This document shows, in pieces, positions 1 to 9,822 of a stretch of DNA of 64,000 nt (the first letter of the stretch is position 1; the number at the start of each line of letters is the position of its first letter). A program made the position numbers and the translations under genes. Under the pieces are notes generated by a model. That model saw nothing but the letters and a program-made list of their open reading frames with translations, had not been told where the DNA came from and searched no databases. Source of the stretch: an uncultured SAR86 cluster bacterium (lineage in GTDB: Bacteria > Pseudomonadota > Gammaproteobacteria > Magnimaribacterales > D2472); assembly GCA_902613705.1 (NCBI GenBank), contig CACMIG010000001.1, forward strand, positions 181,706 through 245,705, written 5' to 3'.

Positions 1-122
1 TAGGAGTAATTCAGGTTGGTGAGGCTACTAATATGGATGATATTAAAGCAGCAACAAATACCCTTAAATCATCATTTGTGATGAATGCTGAAAGAATTGA
101 TACTTATCTAAGTCAGCTATAA
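1..122 (+). CDS. 3-prime end of an unidentified gene (last 39 codons, stop TAA at 120-122)
   Basis: Frame from nt 3 translates GVIQVGEATNMDDIKAATNTLKSSFVMNAERIDTYLSQL*. The gene runs off the window start and the fragment is too short to name. Confidence 0.35.
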   Translation, partial: GVIQVGEATNMDDIKAATNTLKSSFVMNAERIDTYLSQL

Positions 123-125
123 AAA

Positions 126-557
126 TTAAAATATCTCATTCAAAAACGGATACTGTTTTGAGAAGCTAGCAAATTCTTTAGTAGACTCTTTAAGTTCTTT
201 ATTGTATTCCAAAAGATCAAATTCTACTTTAGATGACTCTTCTTTAAGAGTATCTAATTGATTTTGAACATCTTTATCATATTTCTCTATTTGTCTTTCC
301 ATTTCTTGTTTTTCAAGAATATTTGTCTGTTTTGTAAGTTCGTCAAGAACACCTTGATTTATGGCCAAGAGCTCTTGATTCACTGCAACTAGCTCTTGCT
401 GTGTTTTATTTAATTCTTGGAGTGATTGAAGGGTTTTTGCATTTACAACTAAATTTGCAGCACCAAGGATATTGGCATTTCTAAGCTGTGATTCCTGCTT
501 TTCTTTTGCTACAAGCGCACCGTCTTTTTTAAAAATTTTTTTTGTGTAATCATTCAT
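126..557 (-). CDS. hypothetical coiled-coil protein (143 aa)
   Basis: Heptad-like, Q/E/K/L-rich sequence (QELNKTQQELVAVNQELLAINQ...). No catalytic motif or TM segment. It follows the UbiK-like gene on the same strand with a 16-bp gap. Confidence 0.45.
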   Translation of the reverse strand: MNDYTKKIFKKDGALVAKEKQESQLRNANILGAANLVVNAKTLQSLQELNKTQQELVAVNQELLAINQGVLDELTKQTNILEKQEMERQIEKYDKDVQNQLDTLKEESSKVEFDLLEYNKELKESTKEFASFSKQYPFLNEIF

Positions 558-573
558 TTAGTATTCATTATAG

Positions 574-804
574 TCATTTTTTTTCTAATTCTTTTATTCT
601 CTTTTCAAGATCATTTAATATTCTTTCTAAGTTTTGATACTTAGATTTTTTTACATAACCATTTTTTTCTATAAATTTTTCGATTTGCGGGGAAATATTA
701 TTGCTAACATTTTCCAGAATATCTTTTGGAATTAATTTGCTAAAATTCTTAAATTCTTTCTCAATAATATTTTTAAGCGCTTCTGTTAGATCTTTATCTT
801 TCAT
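574..804 (-). CDS. ubiK: UbiK/YqiC (BMFP)-like ubiquinone biosynthesis accessory factor (76 aa)
   Basis: Small protein whose C-terminal YVKKSKYQNLERILNDLEKRIKELE resembles E. coli UbiK [32 protein letters not shown]. Size and coiled-coil layout fit. Confidence 0.45.
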   Translation of the reverse strand: MKDKDLTEALKNIIEKEFKNFSKLIPKDILENVSNNISPQIEKFIEKNGYVKKSKYQNLERILNDLEKRIKELEKK

Positions 805-1501
805 ATTTGTCTTTTATTATATTATTTAAATTTTTCCAAGATGAGAATTCATCTGGCTTTTTAAAATTTTGCTCCCATTCATCATCATTATTATTAAACC
901 ATAAGCAATTTATGCCAAGATTATGGGCAGCATACATATCATTTATTTGATGATCACCAATATGAAGCATATTTTCAAAAGTAACATCATTCACTTGGGC
1001 TAAGGCCATATCAAAATGAGATCTATTTGGTTTGCTATCTCTAGCCTCAAGAGAGCTGATAGAAAACTTAAAATATTTTCCTATCTTAAATTTATAAATA
1101 TCCGCATTTCCATTGGTTAATATTCCAAGTAAATATTTTTTTGACAAATCCGCAATACATTCTTCCACTCCATCAAAAAATACAATTTTATGCCTTTTAG
1201 ATATAAAAATATCAAATGCTCTTTCTACAATTTCATTCCTTAACTTTTTTGGATTTACATGAGACAGTTTTTTTCTAAAGATTTCCTTTCTTAGTTTGCT
1301 TATGTCCCATGCAATGCTTTTATCTTCTTTTATTAAATCTTCTCTAAGTTCTAAAAAATCATTAAAATCTCCCCATTCAACTTCGCCAACTTGATCTTCT
1401 ATCCATTTTCTTGTGTCCACTTCTGCCTTGATTATAGTTGGACGGTTATCCCACAAGGTGTCATCAAGATCAAAAGTTATCATTTTTATTTTCTTATTCA
1501 C
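794..1501 (-). CDS. yigB: HAD-superfamily phosphatase, YigB-like
   Basis: N-terminal DxDxT motif ([11 protein letters not shown]) and a later GDHQINDM motif. It lies immediately downstream of xerC, as yigB does in E. coli. Confidence 0.7.
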   Translation of the reverse strand: MNKKIKMITFDLDDTLWDNRPTIIKAEVDTRKWIEDQVGEVEWGDFNDFLELREDLIKEDKSIAWDISKLRKEIFRKKLSHVNPKKLRNEIVERAFDIFISKRHKIVFFDGVEECIADLSKKYLLGILTNGNADIYKFKIGKYFKFSISSLEARDSKPNRSHFDMALAQVNDVTFENMLHIGDHQINDMYAAHNLGINCLWFNNNDDEWEQNFKKPDEFSSWKNLNNIIKDKYER

Positions 1502-2394
1502 TTTTTTGCTCGTGGGTGCGATTTGTCATAAATTTTTGCCAAATGCTGATAATCTAATTTTGTATATATCTGTGTAGTTGATAAAGAGCTATGACCAAGA
1601 AGTTCTTGTATTGTTCTAAGATCACCACTAGATTCAAGCATATGAGTAGCGAAACTATGTCTTAGCATATGAGGATGAACTGGAGGCAGACCTTGTTTTA
1701 TTGCCATTTTTTTTAGCCTAAGCTGAATGCTTCTAACTGAGAGTCTTGAACCTTTTGAATTTAAAAAAAGCGCATCAGTATTATTTGAAATTTTCTCCCG
1801 CTCATTCAACCAATTATTAATTGCGTTAATAGCAAATCTACCCATTGGCACTAATCTTGTTTTAGAACCTTTACCAATTACTCGAAGAAAAGACATATTT
1901 TCTTCAAAATCACTAATATTTATGTTTACAGTCTCTGAAACTCTTAATCCCGATGAATACATTAGCTCAACTATAGCCATATCTCTAATCTCTATTGTAT
2001 TAGAAGGTTTGAAGTTCAAAAGTTGTTCAACATCCTCAGGTGAAAGGACATCAGGTAAAGTGTTTGATGATTTTGGCGCAGTAACTAGTTCAAAAGGTGA
2101 CGAGCTTATAAGATCATTTTTTTTTAGAAATCTAAAAAATCCTTTTGCAGATGATAAGTGCCTCTGAATACTTTTAGGCTTATTATTTTGTGAATACAGG
2201 TCGCCTATCCATGCAGAACAGATTTCCTCTTTAATGTCTGAATAATTTGTTACGTTTAATTTATCTAGAAATAGATAAAGTTTTTTAAGGTCTCTTTCAT
2301 ATGATTTTGTTGTATTTTCTGAGAGATTTTTTACTTGTGAGACAAAAACGAGGTATGCATTAATGTCATTAAGAATAGGCGAGGTATTCTTCAT
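1498..2394 (-). CDS. xerC: tyrosine site-specific recombinase XerC
   Basis: C-terminal catalytic region [41 protein letters not shown]. The dapF-yigA-xerC-yigB synteny favours XerC over XerD. Confidence 0.85.
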   Translation of the reverse strand: MKNTSPILNDINAYLVFVSQVKNLSENTTKSYERDLKKLYLFLDKLNVTNYSDIKEEICSAWIGDLYSQNNKPKSIQRHLSSAKGFFRFLKKNDLISSSPFELVTAPKSSNTLPDVLSPEDVEQLLNFKPSNTIEIRDMAIVELMYSSGLRVSETVNINISDFEENMSFLRVIGKGSKTRLVPMGRFAINAINNWLNEREKISNNTDALFLNSKGSRLSVRSIQLRLKKMAIKQGLPPVHPHMLRHSFATHMLESSGDLRTIQELLGHSSLSTTQIYTKLDYQHLAKIYDKSHPRAKK

Positions 2395-2397
2395 ATA

Positions 2398-3018
2398 TTA
2401 TTTTGATAATTTTTTCTCTAAAACATCCCTTATATATTCTATAAAAGTGGTATCTTCGTCACCAAGATATTTAGATCTATCATAGCTTCCTAACATCAAA
2501 AGACCAATCTGACTTCCAACAAGCACTACTGACACCACCATAGATTCAACTTTCTTATCCTTAAATAAAACTGAAATTTTTTCTGAAGAGAATGATCCAC
2601 AATGAATAGCTCCTTTGTGAAATGAAAGATCAGTTACTTTTTCAAGTTCATCAATTTTCTCATTTTTATAAAATTTAAGTATTGGCTTGTCCACTTTAAA
2701 GTCTTTTTTAAAAGCATCTTCGACTACTTTTATAATCTCTTCTTTAGAATTAGATTCAAGAATTTTTAATGTGAGTCTCTTTGATTTATTGAATAGATCT
2801 TCATTAATATTGGCTGTTTCAACGAATGATGACAATAAATTTATAAGATTTTTATGCTCTTCTCTAAGTTTTAATATTTGTCTTTCAAGAATCGATGAGG
2901 CTGAACTAGAAGAATGTTTAAATTTCATCTCTCCAACAAGTGACTCTCTGTTTTCAAAGAAATCTAAATTATCAAGTAAGAAAAGCTCAACATCTTTGGG
3001 ATTTAATTCTTTAGTCAC
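2398..3018 (-). CDS. yigA: DUF484 family protein (YigA-like)
   Basis: Sits between dapF and xerC as in E. coli. The N-terminal PKDVELFLLDNLDFFENR parallels YigA VVDYLIKNPEFF. Confidence 0.6.
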   Translation of the reverse strand: MTKELNPKDVELFLLDNLDFFENRESLVGEMKFKHSSSSASSILERQILKLREEHKNLINLLSSFVETANINEDLFNKSKRLTLKILESNSKEEIIKVVEDAFKKDFKVDKPILKFYKNEKIDELEKVTDLSFHKGAIHCGSFSSEKISVLFKDKKVESMVVSVVLVGSQIGLLMLGSYDRSKYLGDEDTTFIEYIRDVLEKKLSK

Positions 3019-3790
3019 TAATATTTCCTCTATATATAAAACTTGCAGGACCTGTCATTAATATACCATTTTTATTTTTTTTAAAGACTAATTCACCACC
3101 AATTGATGTTATCTTTAGAAGTTTATCCTTAAGAAAATATGAAGCAACGCATAATGCAGCTGATCCACATGACAAAGTTTCACCAACGCCATTCTCATAA
3201 GTTCTTATATCAATACTGTTTCCGTTCTTTTTAAATATTGACACATTCATATCTAGCTCTTTAACGATTCTTTCGAGATTTTCATATATTTCGTTAAGAC
3301 TTACTTTTTTAATAGATTTCATTTTAATGCAAAGATGATTATTGCCGATATTTGAGATAAAGAAATTATCTACGAATTTATTTTTTAATTTGTTATGTAA
3401 ACTTTTGTGCATAATTTTATCTGGTGAATCGACATTAACTTGAATCATATTGTTCGCTTTAGGCTCACAGATAATATTTTTTGTTTTTGTTTGGAAATTT
3501 ACTGCACCTATTGGAGCAAAGCTATTGTTCCATATATATTTTGCAGCACACCTTATGCCATTCAGGCACATCCCTGCTTCCGATCCATCAGCATTAAAAA
3601 ATCTTATAAAAAAGTCTTGATAAGGCTTCGTTGGAAGATCAATTTTTATTAGCTGATCAAATCCAATTCCAGTATTTCTATCAGATATTTTTATTATTTT
3701 ATTTTTGGTAATTTTTAATTCGTTCTCAATCGAATTAATAATAATGAAATCATTACCATTGCCATGCCATTTTTCAAAACTTAGATACAA
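3011..3790 (-). CDS. dapF: diaminopimelate epimerase
   Basis: FEKWHGNGNDFIIIN, MCLNGIRCAAKY and GETLSCGSAALCVA contain the two catalytic Cys motifs. There is no in-frame ATG; TTG at 3790 gives MYLSFEKWHG, aligning with E. coli MQFSKMHG. Confidence 0.9.
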   Translation of the reverse strand: MYLSFEKWHGNGNDFIIINSIENELKITKNKIIKISDRNTGIGFDQLIKIDLPTKPYQDFFIRFFNADGSEAGMCLNGIRCAAKYIWNNSFAPIGAVNFQTKTKNIICEPKANNMIQVNVDSPDKIMHKSLHNKLKNKFVDNFFISNIGNNHLCIKMKSIKKVSLNEIYENLERIVKELDMNVSIFKKNGNSIDIRTYENGVGETLSCGSAALCVASYFLKDKLLKITSIGGELVFKKNKNGILMTGPASFIYRGNISD

Positions 3791-3816
3791 GATTTACCTA
3801 TACAAAAACATGACTT

Positions 3817-3897
3817 TTAGAAAATTAGAGGACCTTTCACGCCGCATCCAGACAAAAGTAAGAATATAATTAAACTAAAAATTTTTTTGAAATCCAT
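3817..3897 (-). CDS. lptM: minimal LptM/YifL-like lipoprotein (26 aa; predicted mature lipopeptide CGVKGPLIF)
   Basis: My own translation of the minus strand gives ATG..TAA = MDFKKIFSLIIFLLLSGCGVKGPLIF*. It has a hydrophobic signal peptide and a lipobox LSGC, followed by the CG(L/V)KGPL(Y/I)F motif found at the mature N-terminus of E. coli YifL/LptM. It sits directly upstream of dapF, the same synteny as E. coli. It is below the 60-aa cut-off of the ORF track. Confidence 0.55.
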   Translation of the reverse strand: MDFKKIFSLIIFLLLSGCGVKGPLIF

Positions 3898-3941
3898 AAA
3901 TAGTATTATGAATTAAATTATTTAAATTGATATAAAAGCTT

Positions 3942-5336
3942 TTAGTATTTATATGTTTCCTCTTTAAAAGGACCTTCTTGTGGGACATTAATATAATCTG
4001 CTTGTTCTTTTGTAAGCTGAGTTACTGTTCCTCCGAAGCCTTCAACCATAAGGCTAGCAACTTCTTCATCAAGTTTCTTTGGTAAAACTTCAACTGTTAG
4101 CATTTCAGCTTTTTTGTCAGCATCGTTTACATTTGCAAAACCCTGTTTATATAGATGAATTTGTGCAAGAACTTGATTCGCAAATGATCCATCCATAATT
4201 CTACTAGGATGTCCTGTTGCATTTCCAAGATTTACTAACCTTCCTTCAGCTAGCAAAATTATATAGTTTTTGCTGGACAAATCAGGAGTTCCATCTGGGG
4301 CTGTATCTCTGAAAACTCTATGTACCTGAGGCTTAATCTCATCCCAATAATAGTTTTCCCTCATATAAGCAGTATCAATCTCATTATCAAAATGACCAAT
4401 GTTACATACTACTGCAGTATTTTTTAAAGTACTTATCATTGCGGAATCACATACATTTACATTACCGGTGGTAGTCACTATTAAATCTGTATCACCGATA
4501 ACATCCATATTAATATCCTTAGGGTCTCTGGTTACCACACCATTTTTGTAGCATGAAACAACTGCAAATCCGTCCATGCATGCTTGCATCGCACAAATTG
4601 GATCTGATTCAACAACACTGACTATCATGCCTTCTTGAGCCAAACTTGCAGCCGAACCTTTACCGACATCTCCATAACCAATTACTAATCCTTTCTTACC
4701 AGAAAGCAACATATCGGTTCCTCTTTTTAGAGCATCATTAAGACTATGTCTGCATCCATATTTATTATCATTTTTTGCTTTTGTAACTGAGTCATTTACA
4801 TTAATAGCAGGAATTTTTAGTTCGCCTTTTTCTAGCATCTCTTTTAATCTATGTACCCCAGTAGTTGTTTCTTCAGACACACCATGAATAGTCTCTAACA
4901 TGTCAGGAAACTTAGCATGCACCATAGCTGTAAGATCACTTCCATCATCAAGAATCATATTTGCATCCCATGGCTTTCCATCTTTACAAATAGTTTGTTC
5001 AATACACCACTCGTACTCCTCTTCAGTTTCACCTTTCCAAGCAAATACAGGAACTCCTTTTGCAGCCATTGCTGCTGCTGCATGATCCTGTGTTGAGAAT
5101 ATGTTACAGGATGACCATCTTAATTCTGCTCCGAGATCGAGTAATGTTTCCATCAAAACAGCAGTTTGAATAGTCATGTGAATGCATCCCATTATTTTTG
5201 CACCAGCCAAAGGCTGCTCGTCTCGATATTTATCCCTTAAAGCCATTAATGCCGGCATCTCATTTTCTGCAAGAGATATTTCTCTCCTTCCAAATTCAGC
5301 AAGTTTTATATCAGCAACTTTATAATCATTTTCCAT
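3942..5336 (-). CDS. ahcY: adenosylhomocysteinase (SAH hydrolase)
   Basis: Full-length match to the AhcY pattern (464 aa): [26 protein letters not shown] and the NAD-binding [10 protein letters not shown]. Confidence 0.95.
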   Translation of the reverse strand: MENDYKVADIKLAEFGRREISLAENEMPALMALRDKYRDEQPLAGAKIMGCIHMTIQTAVLMETLLDLGAELRWSSCNIFSTQDHAAAAMAAKGVPVFAWKGETEEEYEWCIEQTICKDGKPWDANMILDDGSDLTAMVHAKFPDMLETIHGVSEETTTGVHRLKEMLEKGELKIPAINVNDSVTKAKNDNKYGCRHSLNDALKRGTDMLLSGKKGLVIGYGDVGKGSAASLAQEGMIVSVVESDPICAMQACMDGFAVVSCYKNGVVTRDPKDINMDVIGDTDLIVTTTGNVNVCDSAMISTLKNTAVVCNIGHFDNEIDTAYMRENYYWDEIKPQVHRVFRDTAPDGTPDLSSKNYIILLAEGRLVNLGNATGHPSRIMDGSFANQVLAQIHLYKQGFANVNDADKKAEMLTVEVLPKKLDEEVASLMVEGFGGTVTQLTKEQADYINVPQEGPFKEETYKY

Positions 5337-5356
5337 ATTAATTTCCTTATATTTAT

Positions 5357-6511
5357 TTATTGTGAGATTTCTGATGCTTTATCAGTCTTTTCCCATGAAA
5401 GATCAATATCAGTCCTTCCAAAATGACCATAAGCCGCTGTTGGTAGATAGATTGGTCTTTTGAGATCAAGCATATTTATAAGACTTTTAGGCCTAAGATC
5501 AAATTTTTCTTCAACTATTTTTTCAATAGTCTCTTTTGATACTTTTTCGCTATCAAATGTATTTACATTAATTGATGTAGGCTTAGCTACTCCAATTGCA
5601 TATGAAACTTGAATTTCACAATAATCTGCAAGACCGGCTGCAACAATATTTTTAGCTACATACCTTGCTGCATAGGCTGCTGATCTATCAACTTTTGATG
5701 GATCTTTTCCTGAAAATGCACCACCACCATGTCTTGCCATACCGCCATAGGTATCAACAATAATTTTTCTTCCAGTAAGACCGCAATCACCAACTGGGCC
5801 ACCAATTACAAACTTCCCTGTTGGATTGATATATATCTTTGTTGAATCAAGTATCCATTCTTGAGGAACAATTGGCTTAATGATATTTTCCATAACTCCT
5901 TCTTTAATTTCATCTTGTGTAACATCTTCGTCATGTTGAGTTGAAAGTACAATTGCTGAAAGACCCTCAATCGTCTTTCCATCATCTGAGTAAATTGCAC
6001 TAACCTGGCTTTTTGCATCAGGTCTTAGCCATGAAAGCCCATTGCTTTTCATAACTTCTGCTTGTTGTCGTACTAGTCTATGAGAAAGATCAATTGGAAG
6101 AGGCATAAGTGCTTCAGTTTCAGTACAGGCATAACCAAACATCAGCCCCTGGTCTCCAGCACCTTGTTCTAGGTTTTCGCCTTCTCCTTCGGTAACTCCT
6201 TGAGAAATGTCTGGGGATTGTTCAAAAACTAAGTTTGTAAATTCACATGTATCGCCATTAAAGCCGTATTCATCATTATCGTATCCGATATCCTTAATGG
6301 TCTGTCTTACTACAGGTTCTAAATCAGGGCTTCCAGTTGAAGTTATTTCACCAGCAATAAATACCATATTATTTTTAATCATAGTCTCGCATGCAACTCT
6401 ACTATTAGGATCTTCTGCTAAATATGCGTCCAAAACTGCATCTGAAATTTGATCACAGACCTTATCTGGATGTCCTGCCGAAACAGATTCTGAAGTAAAT
6501 ATATAACTCAT
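5357..6511 (-). CDS. metK: S-adenosylmethionine synthetase
   Basis: [37 protein letters not shown] and [27 protein letters not shown] Shine-Dalgarno lies upstream. Confidence 0.95.
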   Translation of the reverse strand: MSYIFTSESVSAGHPDKVCDQISDAVLDAYLAEDPNSRVACETMIKNNMVFIAGEITSTGSPDLEPVVRQTIKDIGYDNDEYGFNGDTCEFTNLVFEQSPDISQGVTEGEGENLEQGAGDQGLMFGYACTETEALMPLPIDLSHRLVRQQAEVMKSNGLSWLRPDAKSQVSAIYSDDGKTIEGLSAIVLSTQHDEDVTQDEIKEGVMENIIKPIVPQEWILDSTKIYINPTGKFVIGGPVGDCGLTGRKIIVDTYGGMARHGGGAFSGKDPSKVDRSAAYAARYVAKNIVAAGLADYCEIQVSYAIGVAKPTSINVNTFDSEKVSKETIEKIVEEKFDLRPKSLINMLDLKRPIYLPTAAYGHFGRTDIDLSWEKTDKASEISQ

Positions 6512-6683
6512 TTTTCTCTCCCTGAATTTAAACTGTGAAGAATTATTTTATAGAGTGCTTACTATAAAAAGAATTGAGATCACAATATGGCTATTTTATA
6601 TCAAAAAACATGAAATATTTAAATTATGTCGTTGCTTTTTATTGCAAAAATATTATTATCTTTTTATCTAACGGGGAAAAAAT

Positions 6684-8672
6684 TTGCAGCATACAGTTCC
6701 TACTAACGCATTAAGATTTCTATCCATCGATGCTGTTCAAAAAGCTAATTCTGGTCATCCTGGCATGCCTATGGGAATGGCAGAAATAGCAACCTCGTTA
6801 TGGGGCAAACACTTAAATCATAACCCATTGAATCCTCATTGGTTTGATAGAGATAGATTTGTTCTTTCTAATGGGCACGGTTCGATGCTTTTGTATAGCT
6901 TACTTCATCTAACTGGATACGATATATCATTAGACGATCTTAAAGATTTTAGGAAGTTACATTCAAAAACTCCTGGACATCCCGAATACGATATTGATAT
7001 TGGAATTGAAACAACCACAGGCCCATTAGGCCAAGGTATTGCAAACGCTATTGGCATGGCGGTATCAGAAAAAATAATGGCAGCCGAATTTAATGAAGAT
7101 GATATCAAACCAATTAATCACTATACGTATGCTTTTTTAGGTGATGGTTGTCTTATGGAAGGAATCTCGCATGAGGCATGTTCATTTGCTGGAACACACA
7201 AACTAGGAAAACTAATTTGCTTTTACGACCAAAATGGAATTTCAATTGATGGAGAAATTGAAAATTGGTTTACAGATGACTCTATAAAAAGGTTTGATAG
7301 CTATGGTTGGCAAACTATATGCGTAGATGGCCATAATATTGAAGAAATCGATAAAGCTATAGTCGATGCAAAAAATGAGACAAACAAACCAACAATGATT
7401 TTTTGTAAGACAATAATTGGTTTTGGATCTCCAAATAAGTCAGGAACTGCTGATGTTCATGGAGCAGCTTTGGGTGAGGAAGAAGTAATAAAAACCCGAG
7501 AAGCTTTAAACTGGGATCATGATGCATTTAAAGTTCCTCAAGAGGCATATGATTTTTGGGATTCAACCAAAAAAGGCTCTGAATTAAATTTGGATTGGGA
7601 CAATTTGATAAAAACCTATGACGAAAAATATCCTCATAAATCAGCAGAACTTAAAAGAAGAATTAAAGGCGACTTACCTGATGATTTTGAGAATAGTTTT
7701 AAAACCTTCTTGTCAGAATGTGATACAAATAATACGCCAATGGCAACAAGAAAGTGCTCAAAAGCATGCCTTGATTTTTTTGTAAAAGAATTACCAGAAT
7801 TAATTGGCGGATCTGCTGATTTAACTCCATCAAATAATACTTTTTCATCATCAAGTTCTACTTTTTCAAATGAAAATCCTTCAGGTAATCATATTAACTA
7901 TGGAGTAAGAGAGTTTGGAATGTCTGCGATTATGAATGGCATGGTTCTTCATGGTGGCATAAAACCATATGGCGCAACTTTCTTGGTATTTACTGACTAT
8001 GCTAGAAATGCTGTAAGATTATCAGCCTTAATGGGGATACCAAGTATTTTCGTATATACACATGATTCAGTAGCTCTAGGTGAAGATGGGCCAACACATC
8101 AGCCAGTAGAACATATTGTAACTCTGAGATCTACTCCAAATTTAAATAGCTGGAGGCCAGCAGATCTTGTAGAAACTGCGGTAGCTTGGAACGAGGCAGT
8201 TAAATCAAAAAAAACTCCCACCTGTTTAATCTTTAGCAGACAAGGAACTTCAGCAATATCAAGGACTGAAGATCAATTATCTTTAATTAACAAGGGTGGC
8301 TATCTTATCGATGAAAGTGACAACTTTGATATTACTCTAATTGCATCAGGAAGCGAAGTTCAATTGGTTATAGATGCAGCAAAAGAATTAAAAAATCACT
8401 CTATCTCTGCAAATGTTGTATCAATGCCGTCTTTAGATATATTTTTACAGCAATCTGAGGAATTTCAGAGTTCAATAATTAATCCCGATAAACCAATACT
8501 TGTTGTTGAGTGCAGTCATCCTAATTCTTGGTATAGGATTTTAAATAGAAAAGATAAAGTAATTGGAATAGAAAGTTTTGGAGAATCTGCTCCAGGCAGT
8601 GAATTACTTGAGCATTTTGGGTTTAATACTGAAAATGTTGTTAATTCAGCTAAATCATTACTAAATGATTAA
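6684..8672 (+). CDS. tkt: transketolase
   Basis: ALRFLSIDAVQKANSGHPGMPMG and the ThDP motif GDGCLMEGISHE. The start is TTG, preceded by GGGGA. Confidence 0.95.
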   Translation: MQHTVPTNALRFLSIDAVQKANSGHPGMPMGMAEIATSLWGKHLNHNPLNPHWFDRDRFVLSNGHGSMLLYSLLHLTGYDISLDDLKDFRKLHSKTPGHPEYDIDIGIETTTGPLGQGIANAIGMAVSEKIMAAEFNEDDIKPINHYTYAFLGDGCLMEGISHEACSFAGTHKLGKLICFYDQNGISIDGEIENWFTDDSIKRFDSYGWQTICVDGHNIEEIDKAIVDAKNETNKPTMIFCKTIIGFGSPNKSGTADVHGAALGEEEVIKTREALNWDHDAFKVPQEAYDFWDSTKKGSELNLDWDNLIKTYDEKYPHKSAELKRRIKGDLPDDFENSFKTFLSECDTNNTPMATRKCSKACLDFFVKELPELIGGSADLTPSNNTFSSSSSTFSNENPSGNHINYGVREFGMSAIMNGMVLHGGIKPYGATFLVFTDYARNAVRLSALMGIPSIFVYTHDSVALGEDGPTHQPVEHIVTLRSTPNLNSWRPADLVETAVAWNEAVKSKKTPTCLIFSRQGTSAISRTEDQLSLINKGGYLIDESDNFDITLIASGSEVQLVIDAAKELKNHSISANVVSMPSLDIFLQQSEEFQSSIINPDKPILVVECSHPNSWYRILNRKDKVIGIESFGESAPGSELLEHFGFNTENVVNSAKSLLND

Positions 8673-9819
8673 CCTATCATCATTAGATCTTAATAATAAA
8701 AACTTAGTCATTAGAGTGGATATGAACGTCCCAATTAAAGACGGGGATGTTCTTGATTCAACAAGAATTAAGGCATGCTTGTCAACTATTGAATACGCAC
8801 TTAAAAATAATGCAAAAGTTCTATTAATAAGTCACTTGGGTAGACCCATTGAAGGAAATTTTGAGGAAGAGTTTTCACTAAAACCTATTGCAAACGAATT
8901 AAGTAAAATCATAAACATGGATGTTGAACTTGTTGATACATTAGAATCTAATAAAATTTTTAACCCATCATCAAATATTCAAGTTTTAGAAAATATAAGA
9001 TTTTTTGAAGGAGAAAAAGAGAACTCTCAAGAGTTAGGTAATAAATTAGGATCTCTTGGAGATATATATGTTTTTGATGCTTTTGGGACTGCTCACCGAG
9101 AACAGGCATCGACTCATGCTGCAATAATGAATGCTTCTATAGCTTGCTCTGGGCTATTGCTAGAGAAAGAAGAAAATTTCTTATCGCAGGCGCTTAAAAA
9201 ATATGAAAGACCCTATGTTGCTATCATCGGTGGCGCAAAAGTTTCTACAAAACTTAATCTTATAAAGCATATTAATGAAGTCGCAGACCATATTATCGTA
9301 GGTGGAGGTATTGCAAATACTTTTATAAAGTCTTCAGGCCTTAATGTTGGAAACTCACTAACTGAAGAATCAATGTTAGAAATAGCAAAGAGCATTTTGG
9401 ATAAAGGTAAAATCATATTACCTAATAGAGTATTAACATCTAAAACATTTGAAGGAGAGGATATAAAAGAAGCCTCAATAAGCAATATTGGTAATGATGA
9501 AATGATTTTAGATTTATACCTAGAGCAGGAGACGAAGACTTTAATTAGTAATGCTAAGACTATTCTTTGGAATGGACCTATGGGAGTATTTGAAAATCCT
9601 TTATTTGAAAATGGCACAAAGGAACTTTCAAAAGAAATTGCTAAGTCTAATGCTTTTTCTCTTGCTGGAGGAGGCGAAACATTGTCGGCAATAAATAAAT
9701 ATATTAAATCAGATGATGTATCATATTGTTCAACAGGCGGGGGCGCCTTTTTAGAATTTATGGAGGGTAAAGTTTTACCTTCTATTAAAGCTCTAAATTC
9801 AAAAAAAATAGGGAGTTAA
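8665..9819 (+). CDS. pgk: phosphoglycerate kinase
   Basis: VIRVDMNVPIKDG, SHLGRP and the STGGGAFLEF hinge motif. The start overlaps the tkt stop (ATGATTAA). Confidence 0.95.
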   Translation: MINLSSLDLNNKNLVIRVDMNVPIKDGDVLDSTRIKACLSTIEYALKNNAKVLLISHLGRPIEGNFEEEFSLKPIANELSKIINMDVELVDTLESNKIFNPSSNIQVLENIRFFEGEKENSQELGNKLGSLGDIYVFDAFGTAHREQASTHAAIMNASIACSGLLLEKEENFLSQALKKYERPYVAIIGGAKVSTKLNLIKHINEVADHIIVGGGIANTFIKSSGLNVGNSLTEESMLEIAKSILDKGKIILPNRVLTSKTFEGEDIKEASISNIGNDEMILDLYLEQETKTLISNAKTILWNGPMGVFENPLFENGTKELSKEIAKSNAFSLAGGGETLSAINKYIKSDDVSYCSTGGGAFLEFMEGKVLPSIKALNSKKIGS

Positions 9820-9822
9820 TTT

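Noticed and set aside
1727-2167. 146-aa ORF antisense to xerC. Similar long antisense ORFs occur at 2687-3061 in yigA, 9213-9617 in pgk, 20996-21304 and 21347-21667 in corC, 22597-22866 in lnt, and 58001-58318 in putA.
   Set aside because: All lie entirely inside strongly supported genes on the opposite strand. Their translations are low-complexity (S/L/F/I-rich) with no motifs. Stop-free antisense frames are a known by-product of codon bias. There is no start context or independent evidence.
1498-3941. A dif-like XerC/D site, or an integrated element next to xerC
   Set aside because: No sequence resembling the 28-bp dif consensus (GGTGCGCATAATGTATATTATGTTAAAT) was seen in the window. xerC sits in its ancestral housekeeping operon, not at an island boundary.
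6512-6683. Possible SAM or SAH riboswitch in the metK leader
   Set aside because: I could not find the conserved cores of the SAH, SAM-I or SAM-II/V motifs, nor a convincing pseudoknot or four-way junction. It is recorded as a negative to be verified by cmsearch.
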